Notes under the pieces: model-generated
Databases searched by the model: none
Seen by the model: only the letters and a program-made list of their open reading frames with translations
What the model was told of the DNA's origin: nothing
From: Macrostomum lignano
Taxonomy: Eukaryota
Direction of reading: 5' to 3'
Assembly: GCA_002269645.1 (NCBI GenBank)
Contig: NIVC01001724.1
Span: 1-64,000, forward strand
Length of the DNA: 64,000 bases
Translations under genes and position numbers: made by a program
Shown here: positions 1-13,202 of the stretch, piece after piece
How the letters are laid out: every line of letters begins with the position of its first letter
Position numbering within the stretch: the first letter of the stretch is position 1

Positions 1-916
1 GATGTCGATGACTGCAGCTGCTGGCGAGGACCGGGAAGAGCGCGTCGGTGGCGGCGGCAGCTTGACAGACTTTGATAAGCAGTTCTTTGCTGAGTAAGGC
101 ACGCGGCATTGAGATTTGTGACATTGAAAAATAGCTGAAAATTTTATGAAAGCTTGAAGTTGGCAGAGCCTTAAGAAGGCATTGGAGCAATCGTGACCTT
201 GGAGCTTTCCTTAGAGCCTCTGTGACGATTTTATGAAATCTCTGCGGAGCTTGTGTGACCTTCAAAAATTTTCCATAGGAGCATTGCGACCATGGGGAAA
301 TTTCTGTAGATCTTTTCGAAACTTTCTTAAGCCATTTTTTGACGTCAAGAAATCTCCATAAACCATTTTGATTTCGAAAACCCCCATAGGGACGCATTGA
401 CCTTGAGAAACCTCCTTAGAGACACAGCGACTTTGAGAAACCACCTTAAAGACAGTGACCTTGAGAAACCACTTTTAGAAACACAGTGACCTTGGTAAAC
501 CACTAGAGACACAGTGACTGAGAAACCACCTTAGAGACACAGTGACCTTGGTAAACCGCCTTAGAGACCCAATGACCTTGAGGAACCCCATTAGAGACAC
601 AGTGGCCTTCAGAAACCTTATAGACACAGTGACCTGAGAAACCATCTTATTAAAGACACCGTGACCTTGAGGAACCCCATTGGAGATACAGTGGCCTTCA
701 GAAACCTCCTTATAAACATAGTGACCTTGAGAAACCATCTTAAAGACACCGTGACCTTGAAAACCCCATTATAGACACAGTGACCTTAAGAAACCACCTT
801 AGAGACACAGTGACCTGTGAAACCTCCTTAGAGACACAGTGACCTTGAGAAACCACCTTAGAGACACAGTGACCTTGAAATATTTGAATATGAATTTCAG
901 AAAACAGCGGACGTGA
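1..916 (+). CDS. Possible last two coding exons of an unidentified upstream gene (<1..93, 901..916)
   Basis: Frame from 2 is open (…GGGSLTDFDKQFFA) to a GA|GTAAGG donor at 93/94. A strong TTTCAG acceptor at 900 completes E-K-Q-R-T-stop in phase 2. The intervening intron holds a minisatellite and AATAAA-like signals follow near 1245. No homology recognised. Confidence 0.35.
395..880. repeat. ~30-bp minisatellite (GACACAGTGACCTTGAGAAACCACCTTAGA), degenerate
   Basis: Directly visible tandem units. Confidence 0.9.
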
Positions 917-1344
917 GGTTCCGCGCCACAGGCCGCCGCAAGGTCACTCGGGTGCTGAGCAGACTGGCAAGTCCTGGAAGCGGCACAATAACAGCAGCAA
1001 GCGAGAGAAACTGCGCAGGTGTACAGGCATCTGGATCAGTAGGGGCTGAGCAGATTGTTAAATTGATTTCTTGTCCAAGTATTTTTTGTCTTTGTATTAT
1101 TTTCTTAATCATAATCTGATCCTTGTTTTCTGGTCTCTGGTAAAATTAACATAAAGATATGAAAGCAATTGGATAGTGTAGTTTCCATTTGTCAACCATG
1201 CTAAGAATAAGAGACTCAAACATAAATTACATGAATGATGCTATAATAAAAGAGTGAGGTTTTTCGGCCTTGCAATTTTTGGAATTATTTGTTGAAATCA
1301 ATGATTTTAACTTTCAACTTTCAACAGCTTAACTAGAAATAAAG

Positions 1345-3635
1345 CGGACTCGGATTAGCGGAGAGCAGACTCGGATTAGCGGAGAGGCAGACTCAGATTA
1401 GTAAATGAAGAGGCAGACTCAAATTAGCGGAGAAAGCAGACTCAGATTAGCGGAGAGGCACACTCAGATTAGCGGATGGAGAGGCAAACTCAGATTAGCG
1501 GAGAGGCAGACTCAGATTAGTAAATGGAGAGGCAGACTCAAATTAGCGGAGAAGCAGACTCAGATTAGTGGAGAGGCACACTCAGATTAGCGGATGGAGA
1601 GGCAAACTCAAATTAGCGGCATGGAGAGGCAGACTCAGATTAGTGGAGGAGAGGCAGACTCAGATTAGCGGAGAGGCAGACTCAGATTAGCGGAGAGGCA
1701 GACTCAGATTAGCGGAGAGGCACACTCAGATTAGCGGATGGAGAGGCAGACTCAGATTAGCGGAGAGGCACACTCAGATTAGCGAATGGAGAGGCAGACT
1801 CATATTAGCGGAGAGGCAGACTCAGATTAGCGGATGGAGAAGCAGACTCGGATTAGCGGATGGAGAGGCAGACTCAGATTAGCGGATGGAGAGACAGACT
1901 CAGATTAGCGGAGAGGCAGACTCAGATTAGCGGATGGAGAGGCAGACTCAGATTAGCGGATGGAGAGACAGACTCAGATTAGCGGGTGGAGAGGCAGACT
2001 CAGATTAGCGGGTGGAGAGGCAGACTCAGATTAGCGGGTGGAGAGGCAGACTCAGATTAGCGGGTGGAGAGGCAGACTCAGATTAGCGGGTGGAGAGACA
2101 GACTCAGATTAGCGGAGAGACAGACTCAGATTAGCGGAGAGGCAGACTCAGATTAGCGGATGGAGGCAGACTCAGATTAGCGGATGGAGAGGCAGGCTCA
2201 GATTAGCGGATAGAGAGAGACAGACTCAGATTAGCGGGTGGAGAGACAGACTCAGATTAGCGGATGGAGAGGCAGACTCAGATTAGCGGATGGAGAGGCA
2301 GACTCAGATTAGCGGATAGAGAGACAGACTCAGATTAGCGATAGAGAGACAGACTCAGATTAGCGGGTGAGAGGCAGACTCAGATTAGCGGGTGGAGAGG
2401 CAGACTCAGATTAGCGGGTGGAGAGGCAGACTCAGATTAGCGGGTGGAGAGGCAGACTCAGATTAGCGGGTGGAGAGACAGACTCAGATTAGCGGAGAGG
2501 CAGACTCAGATTAGCGGGTGGAGAGACAGACTCAGATTAGCGGGTGGAGAGGCAGACTCAGATTAGCGGGTGGAGAGGCAGACTCAGATTAGGGGTGGAG
2601 AGACAGACTCAGATTAGCGGAGAGGCAGACTCAGATTAGCGGGTGGAGAGGCAGACTCAGATTAGCGGGTGGAGAGGCAGACTCAGATTAGCGGTGGAGA
2701 GACAGACTCAGATTAGCGGATAGAGAGACAGACTCAGATTAGCGGATAGAGAGACAGACTCAGATTAGCGGGTGGAGAGGCAGACTCAGATTAGCGAGTG
2801 GAGAGACAGACTCAGATTAGCGAAGAGGCAGACTCAGATTAGCGGGTGGAGAGGCAGACTCAGATTAGCGGGTGGAGAGACAGACTCAGATTAGCGGAGA
2901 GGCAGACTCAGATTAGCGGGTGGAGAGGCAGACTCAGATTAGCGGGTGGAGAGACAGACTCAGATTAGCGGAGAGGCAGACTCAGATTAGCGGGTGGAGA
3001 GGCAGACTCAGATTAGCGGGTGGAGAGGCAGACTCAGATTAGCGGGTGGAGAGACAGACTCAGATTAGCGGATAGAGAGACAGACTCAGATTAGCGGATA
3101 GAGAGACAGACTCAGATTAGCGGGTGGAGAGGCAGACTCAGATTAGCGAGTGGAGAGACAGACTCAGATTAGCGAAGAGGCAGACTCAGATTAGCGGGTG
3201 GAGAGGCAGACTCAGATTAGCGGGTGGAGAGACAGACTCAGATTAGCGGAGAGGCAGACTCAGATTAGCGGGTGGAGAGGCAGACTCAGATTAGCGGGTG
3301 GAGAGACAGACTCAGATTAGCGGAGAGGCAGACTCAGATTAGCGGAGAGGCAGACTCAGATTAGCGGAGAGACAGACTCAGATTAGCGGAGAGGCAGACT
3401 CAGATTAGCGGAGAGACAGACTCAGATTAGCGGAGAGGCAGACTCAGATTAGCGGAGAGACAGACTCAGATTAGCGGAGAGGCAGACTCAGATTAGCGGA
3501 GAGACAGACTCAGATTAGCGGAGAGACAGACTCAGATTAGCGGAGAGGCAGACTCAGATTAGCGGAGAGGCAGACTCAGATTAGCGGAGAGGCAGACTCA
3601 GATTAGCGGAGAGACAGACTCAGATTAGCGGAGGC
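1345..3635. repeat. 22/25-bp minisatellite (GACTCAGATTAGCGG[GTG/ATG]GAGAGGCA), ~2.3 kb
   Basis: Directly visible; ends ~40 bp upstream of the APMAP ATG. Confidence 0.95.
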
Positions 3636-3676
3636 AGAGCGGAGAGGCGGCGGATGCACAAAAACCGAATTGTTGC

Positions 3677-5948
3677 ATGGCGAGCAAATCCGAACTGCGC
3701 GATCGGCGAGCGAAGAAGCCAAGCTTCATCACGCCCGGCGGTTCGCGCCTGTCCGACCTTGACGACGACGACCTGGTTGAGACGCTGCGCTCCACGGCTG
3801 GGGCTCTGGCGTCGCGTGGCGGCCGAAACAAGAAGGCGAGCAGTCCGGACGACAGGCAGAAAAAGAAGGGCGGCAAGGAGGACAGCGGCCGGGTTGGGGT
3901 GCTGTTCAAGCTGACCGTGTGCCAGCACTTCATGCTGCTATTCGCTATGCTGGCATTCGGCTTTGTTGCTATGCTGCTGTTTATGCCCAACCCGATCGAC
4001 CCGGTGGCTTATCAACTGCCGCCGCAGCCGCCCGCCGTTGGCCCTCTGGCGGCTAACGACCGCCTTGCCGCGGCCCGCAAGCTGCTTGTCGGTGCCGTCC
4101 GCGGCCCGGAAAGTTTCGTCTTTGTTGGCGAGCACCTGTTTACCGGCACTCTGGATGGCCGCATTGTGCGGGTTCACTTGGCCTCCGAGCAGCCGGTGCG
4201 GTTTTTTTCTGCGGGGGTGGTGGGGGGCGAGGGACAGGTAGAACAGTAGGAGCAATTTGGGATCGGGCCAACAAGACAGACATCAAGACAAATACCCAGA
4301 CAGGCCCCGAGACAAACACCCAGGTGACACCCAGACAGACACCCAGACAGACACCCAGGCAGACACCGAGACAGACACCCAGGCAGACACCGAGACAGAC
4401 ACCGAGACAGACACCCAGGCAGACACCGAGACAGACACCCAGGCAGACACCGAGACAGACACCCTGACAGGCCCCGAGACAGACACCCAGACGGACACCC
4501 AGATAGAGAGACACAAATATATAGCTTTGCTAATTTGTACGTCAGTCGCATTATTTGATAAGGACAGCGTGAGCAGACAGGCAACCAGACAAGCAGACAA
4601 GAGCACTGACAGCTACCCATACGGACAGACTCACCAATCCCCTATCCCACACAGGAGCTGTGGGTTCGCTTCGGTCCGGCCAACTGTTCGTTGCAAAAGT
4701 CCTTCTCTCCGATCAGATGCGGCCGGCCCCTGGGCCTCAGACGGCATCCCAGCAACCGGTCCCGCCTACTCGTTGCCGACGCCTATTTGGGCCTGATAGA
4801 CGTTAATCTGGACAAGCGTCAATTCCAATCGATTATTGATCGATCTAATCCGATTGGCGTCACGTTCTTCGACGATCTGGACGTCACACCCGACGGTGAG
4901 CTGGTGTTTATCTCGGAAGCGTCCACCAGGTATCCGCTGCACCAACTGATGCACCAGGTGAGCTAATTAAAAAATACTGATCAAAATTGCGATTGCGATT
5001 TGGGGGCATGTGTAAGACCCATAGAAAGGGTCAAGGTCACTTAGAGGGTCACGTGACAGTTTCAGTTGACGGTCAATTAGAGAGGTCACGTGACAGTTAC
5101 AATTTACGGTCATCTACAGAAGTCACGTGACAGTTTCAATTGACGGTCAATTAGAGAGGTCACGTGACAGTTACAATTTACGGTCATCTAGAGAAGTCAC
5201 GTGACAGTTTCAATTGACGGTCAATTAGAGAGGTCACGTGATCACGATTCGCATCCATTGGAAGAGTCACGTGATAGCCAAAGGCTTGTTCTTTGGCTTA
5301 CCAGTGCGGATTGGCTATTCAATTTTTACAATGCCTAACAATGATGGGCCTGTAGAAGATAAATCTTTCACCCCGTATCCGCAGATGCTGGAGGGCAGCA
5401 GCAATGGCCGCTTGATAATGATGAACATGACTAGCGGACACGCAGCCACGGTGCTGGAGGGCCTCAGCTTCCCCAACGGGGTGCAGCTGCACCCGGACGG
5501 CCAGTCCGTACTGGTGGCCGAGACGTCCGGCTTTAAAATCATTCGCTACTATTTTGCCGGCCCAATGGCTGGCCAGACGCGGACATTTGCGGACAATCTG
5601 CCATTGGGGCCGGACAATATTCGATTGTCCTCGGACGGCAAGCACCTGTGGGTGTCCGGCAGCCTCGCCCGTCTGGCCGGACTTCGCAGCAGCGCGGATC
5701 TGATGGGCCAGCGCACCTGGCTGCGCCTGGCTGCGGCTAAGATTCTGCCCGGTCCGCTGCTGCACAACATGGCTGCCGGCCACTACGGCTTGGTACTGCG
5801 GCTGGCTATTAACGATGGCCGCATTATTGACAGCCTGCACGATACCCAGGGCAAACAGATTACTCATAGTAGCGAGGTTCAGGACTATAATGGTCGATTA
5901 TTTATTGGAACTTATTATGGCCCGTATCTGGCTACGCTGGATCTGTAA
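3677..5948 (+). CDS. APMAP: Adipocyte plasma membrane-associated protein / strictosidine-synthase-like; exons 3677-4195, 4655-4957, 5385-5948 (461 aa)
   Basis: N-terminal TM helix followed by GPES, CGRPLG, ADAYLG, FFDDLDV, MLEGSSNGRL, FPNGVQL, LPLGPDNIR and SEVQDYNGRLFIGT motifs, all matching APMAP/hemomucin. Both introns are GT-AG, phase 0 and in frame. Confidence 0.92.
4275..4510. repeat. CAGACAC-based low-complexity repeat in APMAP intron 1
   Basis: Visible ACAGACACCCAGGCAGACACCGAG-type units. Confidence 0.85.
5040..5275. repeat. 37-bp repeat carrying the GTCACGTGAC palindrome, APMAP intron 2
   Basis: GTCACGTGAC at 5048, 5085, 5122, 5159 and 5196; GTCACGTGAT at 5233 and 5266. Confidence 0.9.
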
Positions 5949-6169
5949 GCTTTAAATTTTTACAGCTGAGTTATGGGTAACAAAACCATGGCTCACAGAG
6001 CCATGGAGCTTGAACAATGACATTTGGAATGGAAGCTTAATTTGATCGGGTGGGACAAGCCAAGGTCTAAGTAGCTACAAAGCAACTAAAGAAAAATTTG
6101 ACCCTTGACAAGACGACAATAATGTACAGACAAGGTTTCGTATAGAAGCGTTCCCTTTTCGGCTATGGC

Positions 6170-6725
6170 AGTGTTGCATTGGCAGCGATAGTCTATGGCC
6201 AGCCCTGCTGACCGCGCCGGCAGGAGGAAAGGCTTTGAATAGCATTGGTAGCGATAGTCTATGGCCAGCCCTGCTGACCGCGCCTGCAGGAAAGGCTTTG
6301 CATAGCAGAGTGTTGCATTGGCAGCGATAGTCTATGCCCTGCTGACCGCGCCTGCAGGAAAGGCTTTGCCAATGCATTGGAGGAAGCTTAGCCGGACAGG
6401 AAAGGCTTTGCATAGCATTGGTAGCGATAGTCTATGGCCAGCCCTGCTGACCGCGCCTGCAGGAAAGGCTTTGCATAGCAGAGTTGCATTGGCAGCGATA
6501 GTCTATGGCCAGCCCTGCTGACCGCGCCGGCAGGAGGAAAGGCTTTGCATAGCAGAGTGTTGCATTGGCAGCGATAGTCTATGGCCAGCCCTGCTGACCG
6601 CGCCGCAGGAAAGGCTTTGCATAGATTTTTAGCGATAGTCTATGGCCAGCCCTGCTGACCGCGCCTGCAGGAAAGGCTTTGCATAGCAGAGTTGCATTGG
6701 CAGCGATAGTCTATGGCCAGCTCAG
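6170..6725. repeat. ~60-76-bp tandem repeat between APMAP and PIF1
   Basis: GCAGCGATAGTCTATGGCCAGCCCTGCTGACCGCGCC…GGAAAGGCTTTGCAT repeated about 8 times. Confidence 0.9.
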
Positions 6726-7524
6726 CCGGCGTTAAGGGAATATTTTCATATTTTTACGTTGGTGGGAGAACAGTAAAGCTCACAAATACTAGTTCGTATG
6801 TACACTAGATTGTATATAGTATGTTTGGTTAAATCTTAGCGAAAACTATACATTCAATTACGTTGAAGTAGTTTCAAATCCTCATGTTTCCAGTTGGTAA
6901 ATTATCATCGCGTTAAAAATTAATTTTTTGACCTTCATAATCTTAGATTGCGCAAAGCTTACTAATTGTAGTTTACATCTAATAGCGTGGATGCTCGTGG
7001 TATATTTGTATATTTTAAATGACATCATGTGCCACTGATTTTGACTCTTGTAAACGTTTTTATGTCTAATGCTTGTCATGTTTAAAAAATTAGTTTAAAT
7101 GAAAATTAATATTCTAATCAAATGGATTTGCCTTGCCTGTCTTCAACTTTATTATATCCGAATCATGAATTTTATATCAGTATAAATTTACTGGGAGCTA
7201 TTTTCAATTTCAACCCGTTGTTTGTTTGTTAAAGTCGAAATATAAATAAAAATAGCCAATTCATTTCCATTCATTTCCTTGACTTATTATCAATTTTCAC
7301 AAACAGTTATGAAATTTAATAAGACAAAAAAGTCACATTTCTACTGACAGTAGCTTAATACGTTGAATAGCCAATTTTGATTTTTTAAGTGTAGTTAAAA
7401 TTAAAATGAAAAAACTACTAATAGTAGATAAAATGCAAGCTAAAATCTTTTTTAATAGTGAAAATTTTCACTTTACTACTATCAGTAGGCGAAAAGGTTG
7501 CATTCCAATCTATTTATATAATTC

Positions 7525-10500
7525 ATGGACTCCGAAGAAGCCGTAGCAGCCGGCTGTTCCGTGGCCTGCACGGCCACTCTGGAGCGCCTGGATCCGCGCC
7601 TCGGCTCCGTACAGCACAGCCGACGAATCACCGGCTGCCAGCTGACTTTGCAGCGCGACAGTCACGGCGAGCTGCGCCTGCGCCTAGCGGCCAAGACGCA
7701 CTCAGCAAATTTAAGCGCTAAAGGCGTTGTCATCTTTAAGAAATTCTGGCGCGAAGGCAAATGCACGCTCCGTTTGCCCAGCGAATCCGCACAGCTGCTG
7801 CTGTCCAACTGTCCGGTTGATCGGCTGGCCGACTTTCTCAAACTGCTGTTTGTTAAGCAGCAGTGCGCGCTAGCAGGCAGCAGCGGGCCGCTCCGCTGCG
7901 CCAGCTGCAGCAGCACGACAGCCAGCGCTGCCGCAGGCTGAGACCGACATCAGCCCAGTGTCCGCTGCCGACTTGGCCGCCGTGCGGGCAAGGCAGGCTG
8001 CTGCTGCTGCTGCTGCTGCTGCCGCTGGCAGTGCGGCCTCGACCGCCACCACGCCTCAGCGGCTGCAGCGGAAGCGGCCCGCTGTTGCGCCTGCGGCATC
8101 TGCTGCCGCCACCGCCGCCATGCTGCAACTGCCGGGCTTTCGGCCGGCGGGGGGAACTCCGCCTAGCTTGAAGGTAAGGGCGCCAGCCTCCCAGATCCCC
8201 AGTTGCTAGGCCAGCCTCCCAGATCCCCAGTTGCTGGGCCAGCCTCCCAGATCCTCAGTTGCTAGGCCAGCCTCCCAGATCCCCAGTTGCTAGGCCAGCC
8301 TCCCAGATCCCCAGTTGCTGTTCCAGCCTCCCAGATTCCCAGTTGCTGTGCCAGCCTCCCAGATCCTCAGTTGCTGGGCCAGCCTCCCAGATCATCAGTT
8401 GCTGGCCAGCCTCCCAGATCCCCAGTTGCTGGGCCAGCCTCTCACAGTGTCAGTTGCTGGGCCAGCCTCCCAGATCCTCAGTTGCTGGGCCAGCCTCTCA
8501 GATCCTCAGTTGCTGGGCCAGCCTCCCAGATCCCCAGTTGCTGGGCCTGAGTGGGCCAGCCTCTCAGAGAGTCAGTTGCTGGGCCAGCCTCCCAGATCCC
8601 CAGTTGCTGGGCCTGAGTGGGCCAGCCTCTCAGAGAGTCAGTTGCTGGGCCAGCCTCTCAGATCCTCAGTTGCTGGGCCAGCCTCCCAGATCCTCAGTTG
8701 CTGGGCCAGCCTCTCAGATCCTCAGTTGCTGGGCCAGCCTCCAAGAACCCCAGTTGCTGGGCCAGCCTCCCAGATCCTCAGTTGCTGGGCCAGCCTCCCA
8801 GATCCTCAGTTGCTGGGCCAGCCTCTCAGATCCTCAGTTGCTGGGCCAGCCTCTAAGAACCCCAGTTGCTGGGCCAGCCTCCCAGATCCTCAGTTGCTGG
8901 GCCAGTTACCCAGATCCCTAGTTGCTGGGCCAGCCTCCAAGATCCCCAGTTGCTGGGCCAGCCTCCCAGATCCTCAGTTGCTGGGCCAGCCTCCCAGATC
9001 CTCAGTGGCTGGGCCAGCCTCCCAGATCCTCAGCAAACAATCAGCCATAACCAATCCGATCCGTTCCCAGGGCCCCCGTCTCGACCTGCTGTCGTCGCCG
9101 CTGTCCGCCCCGGGCCAGCACGCGCTGACTGAGGAGCAGGCCGCGGTGCTGGACGCAGTCCGCAGCGGAGTGTCGGTGTTCTACACCGGCTCGGCGGGCA
9201 CTGGCAAGTCGGTGCTGCTTCAGCGCATCGTCGGCATGCTGCCACCTGACCGCACAGTGGTCTCCGCCAGCACCGGAGTGGCCGCCTGTCAGATCGGCGG
9301 CCAGACGCTGCACAGCTTCGCCGGCGTCGGCGACGGCTCCGGCGGTATCGAGCGCTGCGTATCCCGCGCCGCCAGCCGGCCGGCCGTGGCCGAGGCCTGG
9401 CGCCGGTGTCGCCACCTGGTCATCGATGAGATCTCCATGGTTGACGCAGAATTCTTCGATTGTCTGGACGTCGTGGCCAGGACGCTGCGTCGCAGTCGCG
9501 AACCGTTCGGCGGCATCCAGCTGGTGCTGTGCGGCGACTTCCTGCAGCTGCCACCGGTGAAGCCTTCTGACGCCAAAGGGCGGCGCTTCGCGTTCGAGAG
9601 TAGCGCCTGGCAACGGGCGGTGAAGGTGAATTCGCTTATTCACTATAGAAATCGATTTAATGCATCAAGTAATGCCGCAATTATGCACTTGAAGTAATCC
9701 ACCTCGAAATTCGCCCCTAATCCACTCCAAAATGGCCCCTAATCCACCCAAGAATCGCCCCTAATCCACCCAAAAATCGCCCCTGGTCCTAATCCACCCC
9801 AAGAATCGCCCCTAATCCATCCAAGAATCGCCCCTAATCCACCCAAGAATTGCCCCTAATCCACCCAAGAATCGCCCCTAATACACACCAAAAATCGCCC
9901 CTAATCCACCCCAAGAATTGCCCCTAATCCACCCAAGAATCGCCCCTAATCCACCCCAAGAATTGCCCCTAATCCACCCCAAGAATCGCCCCTAATCCAC
10001 CCCAAGAATTGCCCCTATTCCACCCCAAGAATCGCCCCTATTCCATCCTAAGAATCGCCCCTAATCCACCCAAGAATCGCCCCTAATCCACCCAAGAATC
10101 GCCCTAATCCCTATAGCCCTAAATCACTCCGTCTCCACAGGCGACGCTGCAGCTCCGCCAGGTGCACCGGCAGGCGGACCGCAAGTTCGTCGACCTGCTG
10201 ACTCACATTCGCTACGGTCGCTGCGAGCCCCGACACTCGGAGATGCTTCGCTCAACTCGCCGCAATCTGGACGAATCCTCGGCCAACTCGGACAAGGACA
10301 TTGTTGCTACCCAGCTGTGCACGCACAAACGACAGGTGGAAGCCATTAATCAGCACCAGCTGCGCCTCTTGCCAACTGAGTCTGTGAATTTTGTTGCCAA
10401 GGACTCGATGCCCGCTGGTCTCAACTCGCTGCTGCCTAGCGTGCCTGAGAAAATTGAGCTCAAAATTGGAGCTCAGGTGAGATTCGTTTAGAGTCCTCTT

Positions 10501-11278
10501 ACACTCTCAGAATTATATTCCTTCAGGATCTCCTGACATTCCTTCAGGATCCCCTGACATTCCTTCAGGATCTCCTGACATTCCTTCAGGATCTCCTGAC
10601 ATTCCTTCAGGATCTCCTGACATTCCTTCAGGATCTCCTGACATTCCTTCAGGATCTCCTGACATTCCTTCAGGATCTCCTGACATTCCTTCAGGATCTC
10701 CTGACATTCCTTCAGGATCTCCTGACATTCCTTCAGGAACATGAATGCCCTCAGAAGAGTCCTTCAGAATTCCCTCACAAAAGCCATTCAGAATGCCCTC
10801 AGAATCCGTCATATTCCCCACCCAAACGCCTCCCACCACATGCCAGGTGATGCTCACCCGCAACCTGGACTTGGCCCGCGGTCTGGTGAACGGAGCCCGC
10901 GGAGTGGTGACGGGCTTCAGCTCGGAGCGGGGCAGCGGGCCCGGCTGGCCAGTTGTCCGCTTTGTCGGCGGTCACGAGCGAATCGTTGACCAGCACGAAT
11001 TCGCCGCGCGAGTGGCCGGCGCCGAAATGCCGGTGATTCGGCGCCAGGTGCCGCTGCAGCTGGCCTGGGCCATCTCGGTGCACAAGTCGCAGGGCATGAC
11101 TCTGGACGCCTGCCGGTTGTACGTCAGCGAGGCCTTCGAAGCCGGCCAGGTGTACGTGGCCCTGTCCCGCTGCCGCAGTCTGGAGTCGCTCAGCGTGGCC
11201 AATTGGGACGCCTCCTGCGTGAGAGCTGACGAGAGGGTGCTCAACTTTTATAGGCAGCTAAGGGAGTGCTCAGGCTGA
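7525..11278 (+). CDS. PIF1: ATP-dependent 5'-3' DNA helicase PIF1; exons 7525-8173 (apparent 1-nt frameshift ~7875-7930), 9071-9625, 10141-10476, 10847-11278
   Basis: PINT N-terminal domain (LLLSNCPVDRLADFL), GSAGTGKS, ASTGVAACQIGGQTLHSFAG, IDEISMV, CGDFLQLPPV, LKIGAQVML, GLVNGARG, QVPLQLAWAISVHKSQGMTL and GQVYVALSR. All introns are phase-0 GT-AG. Total exon length 1972 nt is 3n+1. Confidence 0.93.
8180..9035. repeat. 28-bp minisatellite (GGGCCAGCCTCCCAGATCCTCAGTTGCT), PIF1 intron 1
   Basis: Directly visible. Confidence 0.95.
9700..10125. repeat. 22-23-bp minisatellite (GCCCCTAATCCACCCAAGAATC), PIF1 intron 2
   Basis: Directly visible. Confidence 0.95.
10520..10740. repeat. 21-bp minisatellite (TCCTGACATTCCTTCAGGATC), PIF1 intron 3
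   Basis: About 10 near-perfect units. Confidence 0.95.
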
Positions 11279-11329
11279 GGTCTCTTCAGTCTGCTTTGAG
11301 ACTTGTTATAAGACATGTTGTCTCCTGTC

Positions 11330-11965
11330 TCATGGTGTGTTTTGAAGGCCTCATGGTGTGCTTTGAAGGCCTCTCGTTGTGTGTGTTTTGAAGGCCTTTC
11401 ATGTTGTGTTTTGAAGGCCTTTCATGTTGTGTTTTGAAGGCCTTTCATGTTGTGTTTTGAAGGCCTTTCATGTTGTGTTTTGAAGGCCTTTCATGTTGTG
11501 TTTTGAAGGCCTTTCATGTTGTGTTTTGAAGGCCTTTCATGTTGTGTTTTGAAGGCCTTTCATGTTGTGTTTTGAAGGCCTCGTGATGTGTTTTGAAGGC
11601 CTTTCATGTTGTGTTTTGAAGGCCTCGTGATGTGTTTTGAAGGCCTCGTGATGTGTTTTGAAGGCCTTTCATGTTGTGTTTTGAAGGCCTCGTGATGTGT
11701 TTTGAAGGCCTCGTGATGTGTTTTGAAGGCCTTTCATGTGTTTTGAAGGCCTCGTGATGTGTTTTGAAGGCCTTTCATGTGTTTTGAAGGCCTTTCATGT
11801 TGTGTTTTGAAGGCCTCGTGATGTGTTTTGAAGGCCTCGTGATGTGTTTTGAAGGCCTCGTGATGTGTTTTGAAGGCCTCGTGATGTGTTTTGAAGGCCT
11901 CGTGATGTGTTTTGAAGGCCTCGTGATGTGTTTTGAAGGCCTCTCATGGTGTGTTTTGAAGGTGT
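11330..11965. repeat. 21/23-bp minisatellite (GAAGGCCT…TGTGTTTT) downstream of PIF1
   Basis: Directly visible, with two interleaved unit types. Confidence 0.95.
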
Positions 11966-12461
11966 CTCGTTCATTCATTCATGCTATGCGCTATACATAC
12001 TACTCATGCTTAAGCTTGAACAAGTACAGGGTATGCTTTTACAGCAGCAGTTGTTCTGCAACATTTTTCAAAATTTTTTTACAAAATAACTTATTTTTTA
12101 CTCTATTGCGCATTAAACTATTGTTTTTTCATCTACATGTATATATTTATATGCTGTTTGCTTGTTTGCTCATTTTTATTAGTTGGCTTTTAAACTTTTT
12201 GACCGAATTAACGCATTTCGCTAATAATTTGTTTATTATGCTGTATTTATGCGAGTATTCCGCTGTAACCACACTTATACTTTAATCTACTAATGTGTTT
12301 ATTGCTCAATCAATCATAACCGAAATAATACAAAATATTGTATCTGGCTACCTAAAGTTGTTATGTAAACTTTAGGTGGTTGCTTTTTACACTAAATCCT
12401 GCCTAATTTCATATGGAGACTCCGTGATTACAAAACTTATTGCTTTGAGAGGCGGACTGAT

Positions 12462-13202
<741 letters not shown>

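Noticed and set aside
3662-3679. Resemblance of the APMAP leader (AATTGTTGCATG) to a flatworm spliced-leader 3' end
   Set aside because: Short, imperfect and based on a recalled sequence; no SL RNA structure or Sm site seen.
7852-7873. 22-nt GT-AG micro-intron that would repair the PIF1 frame
   Set aside because: Too short for a typical spliceosomal intron and would delete conserved-looking residues; an indel is more parsimonious.
9700-10125. Interstitial telomere
   Set aside because: CCCTAA occurs once per 22-bp unit, not as a tandem hexamer run.
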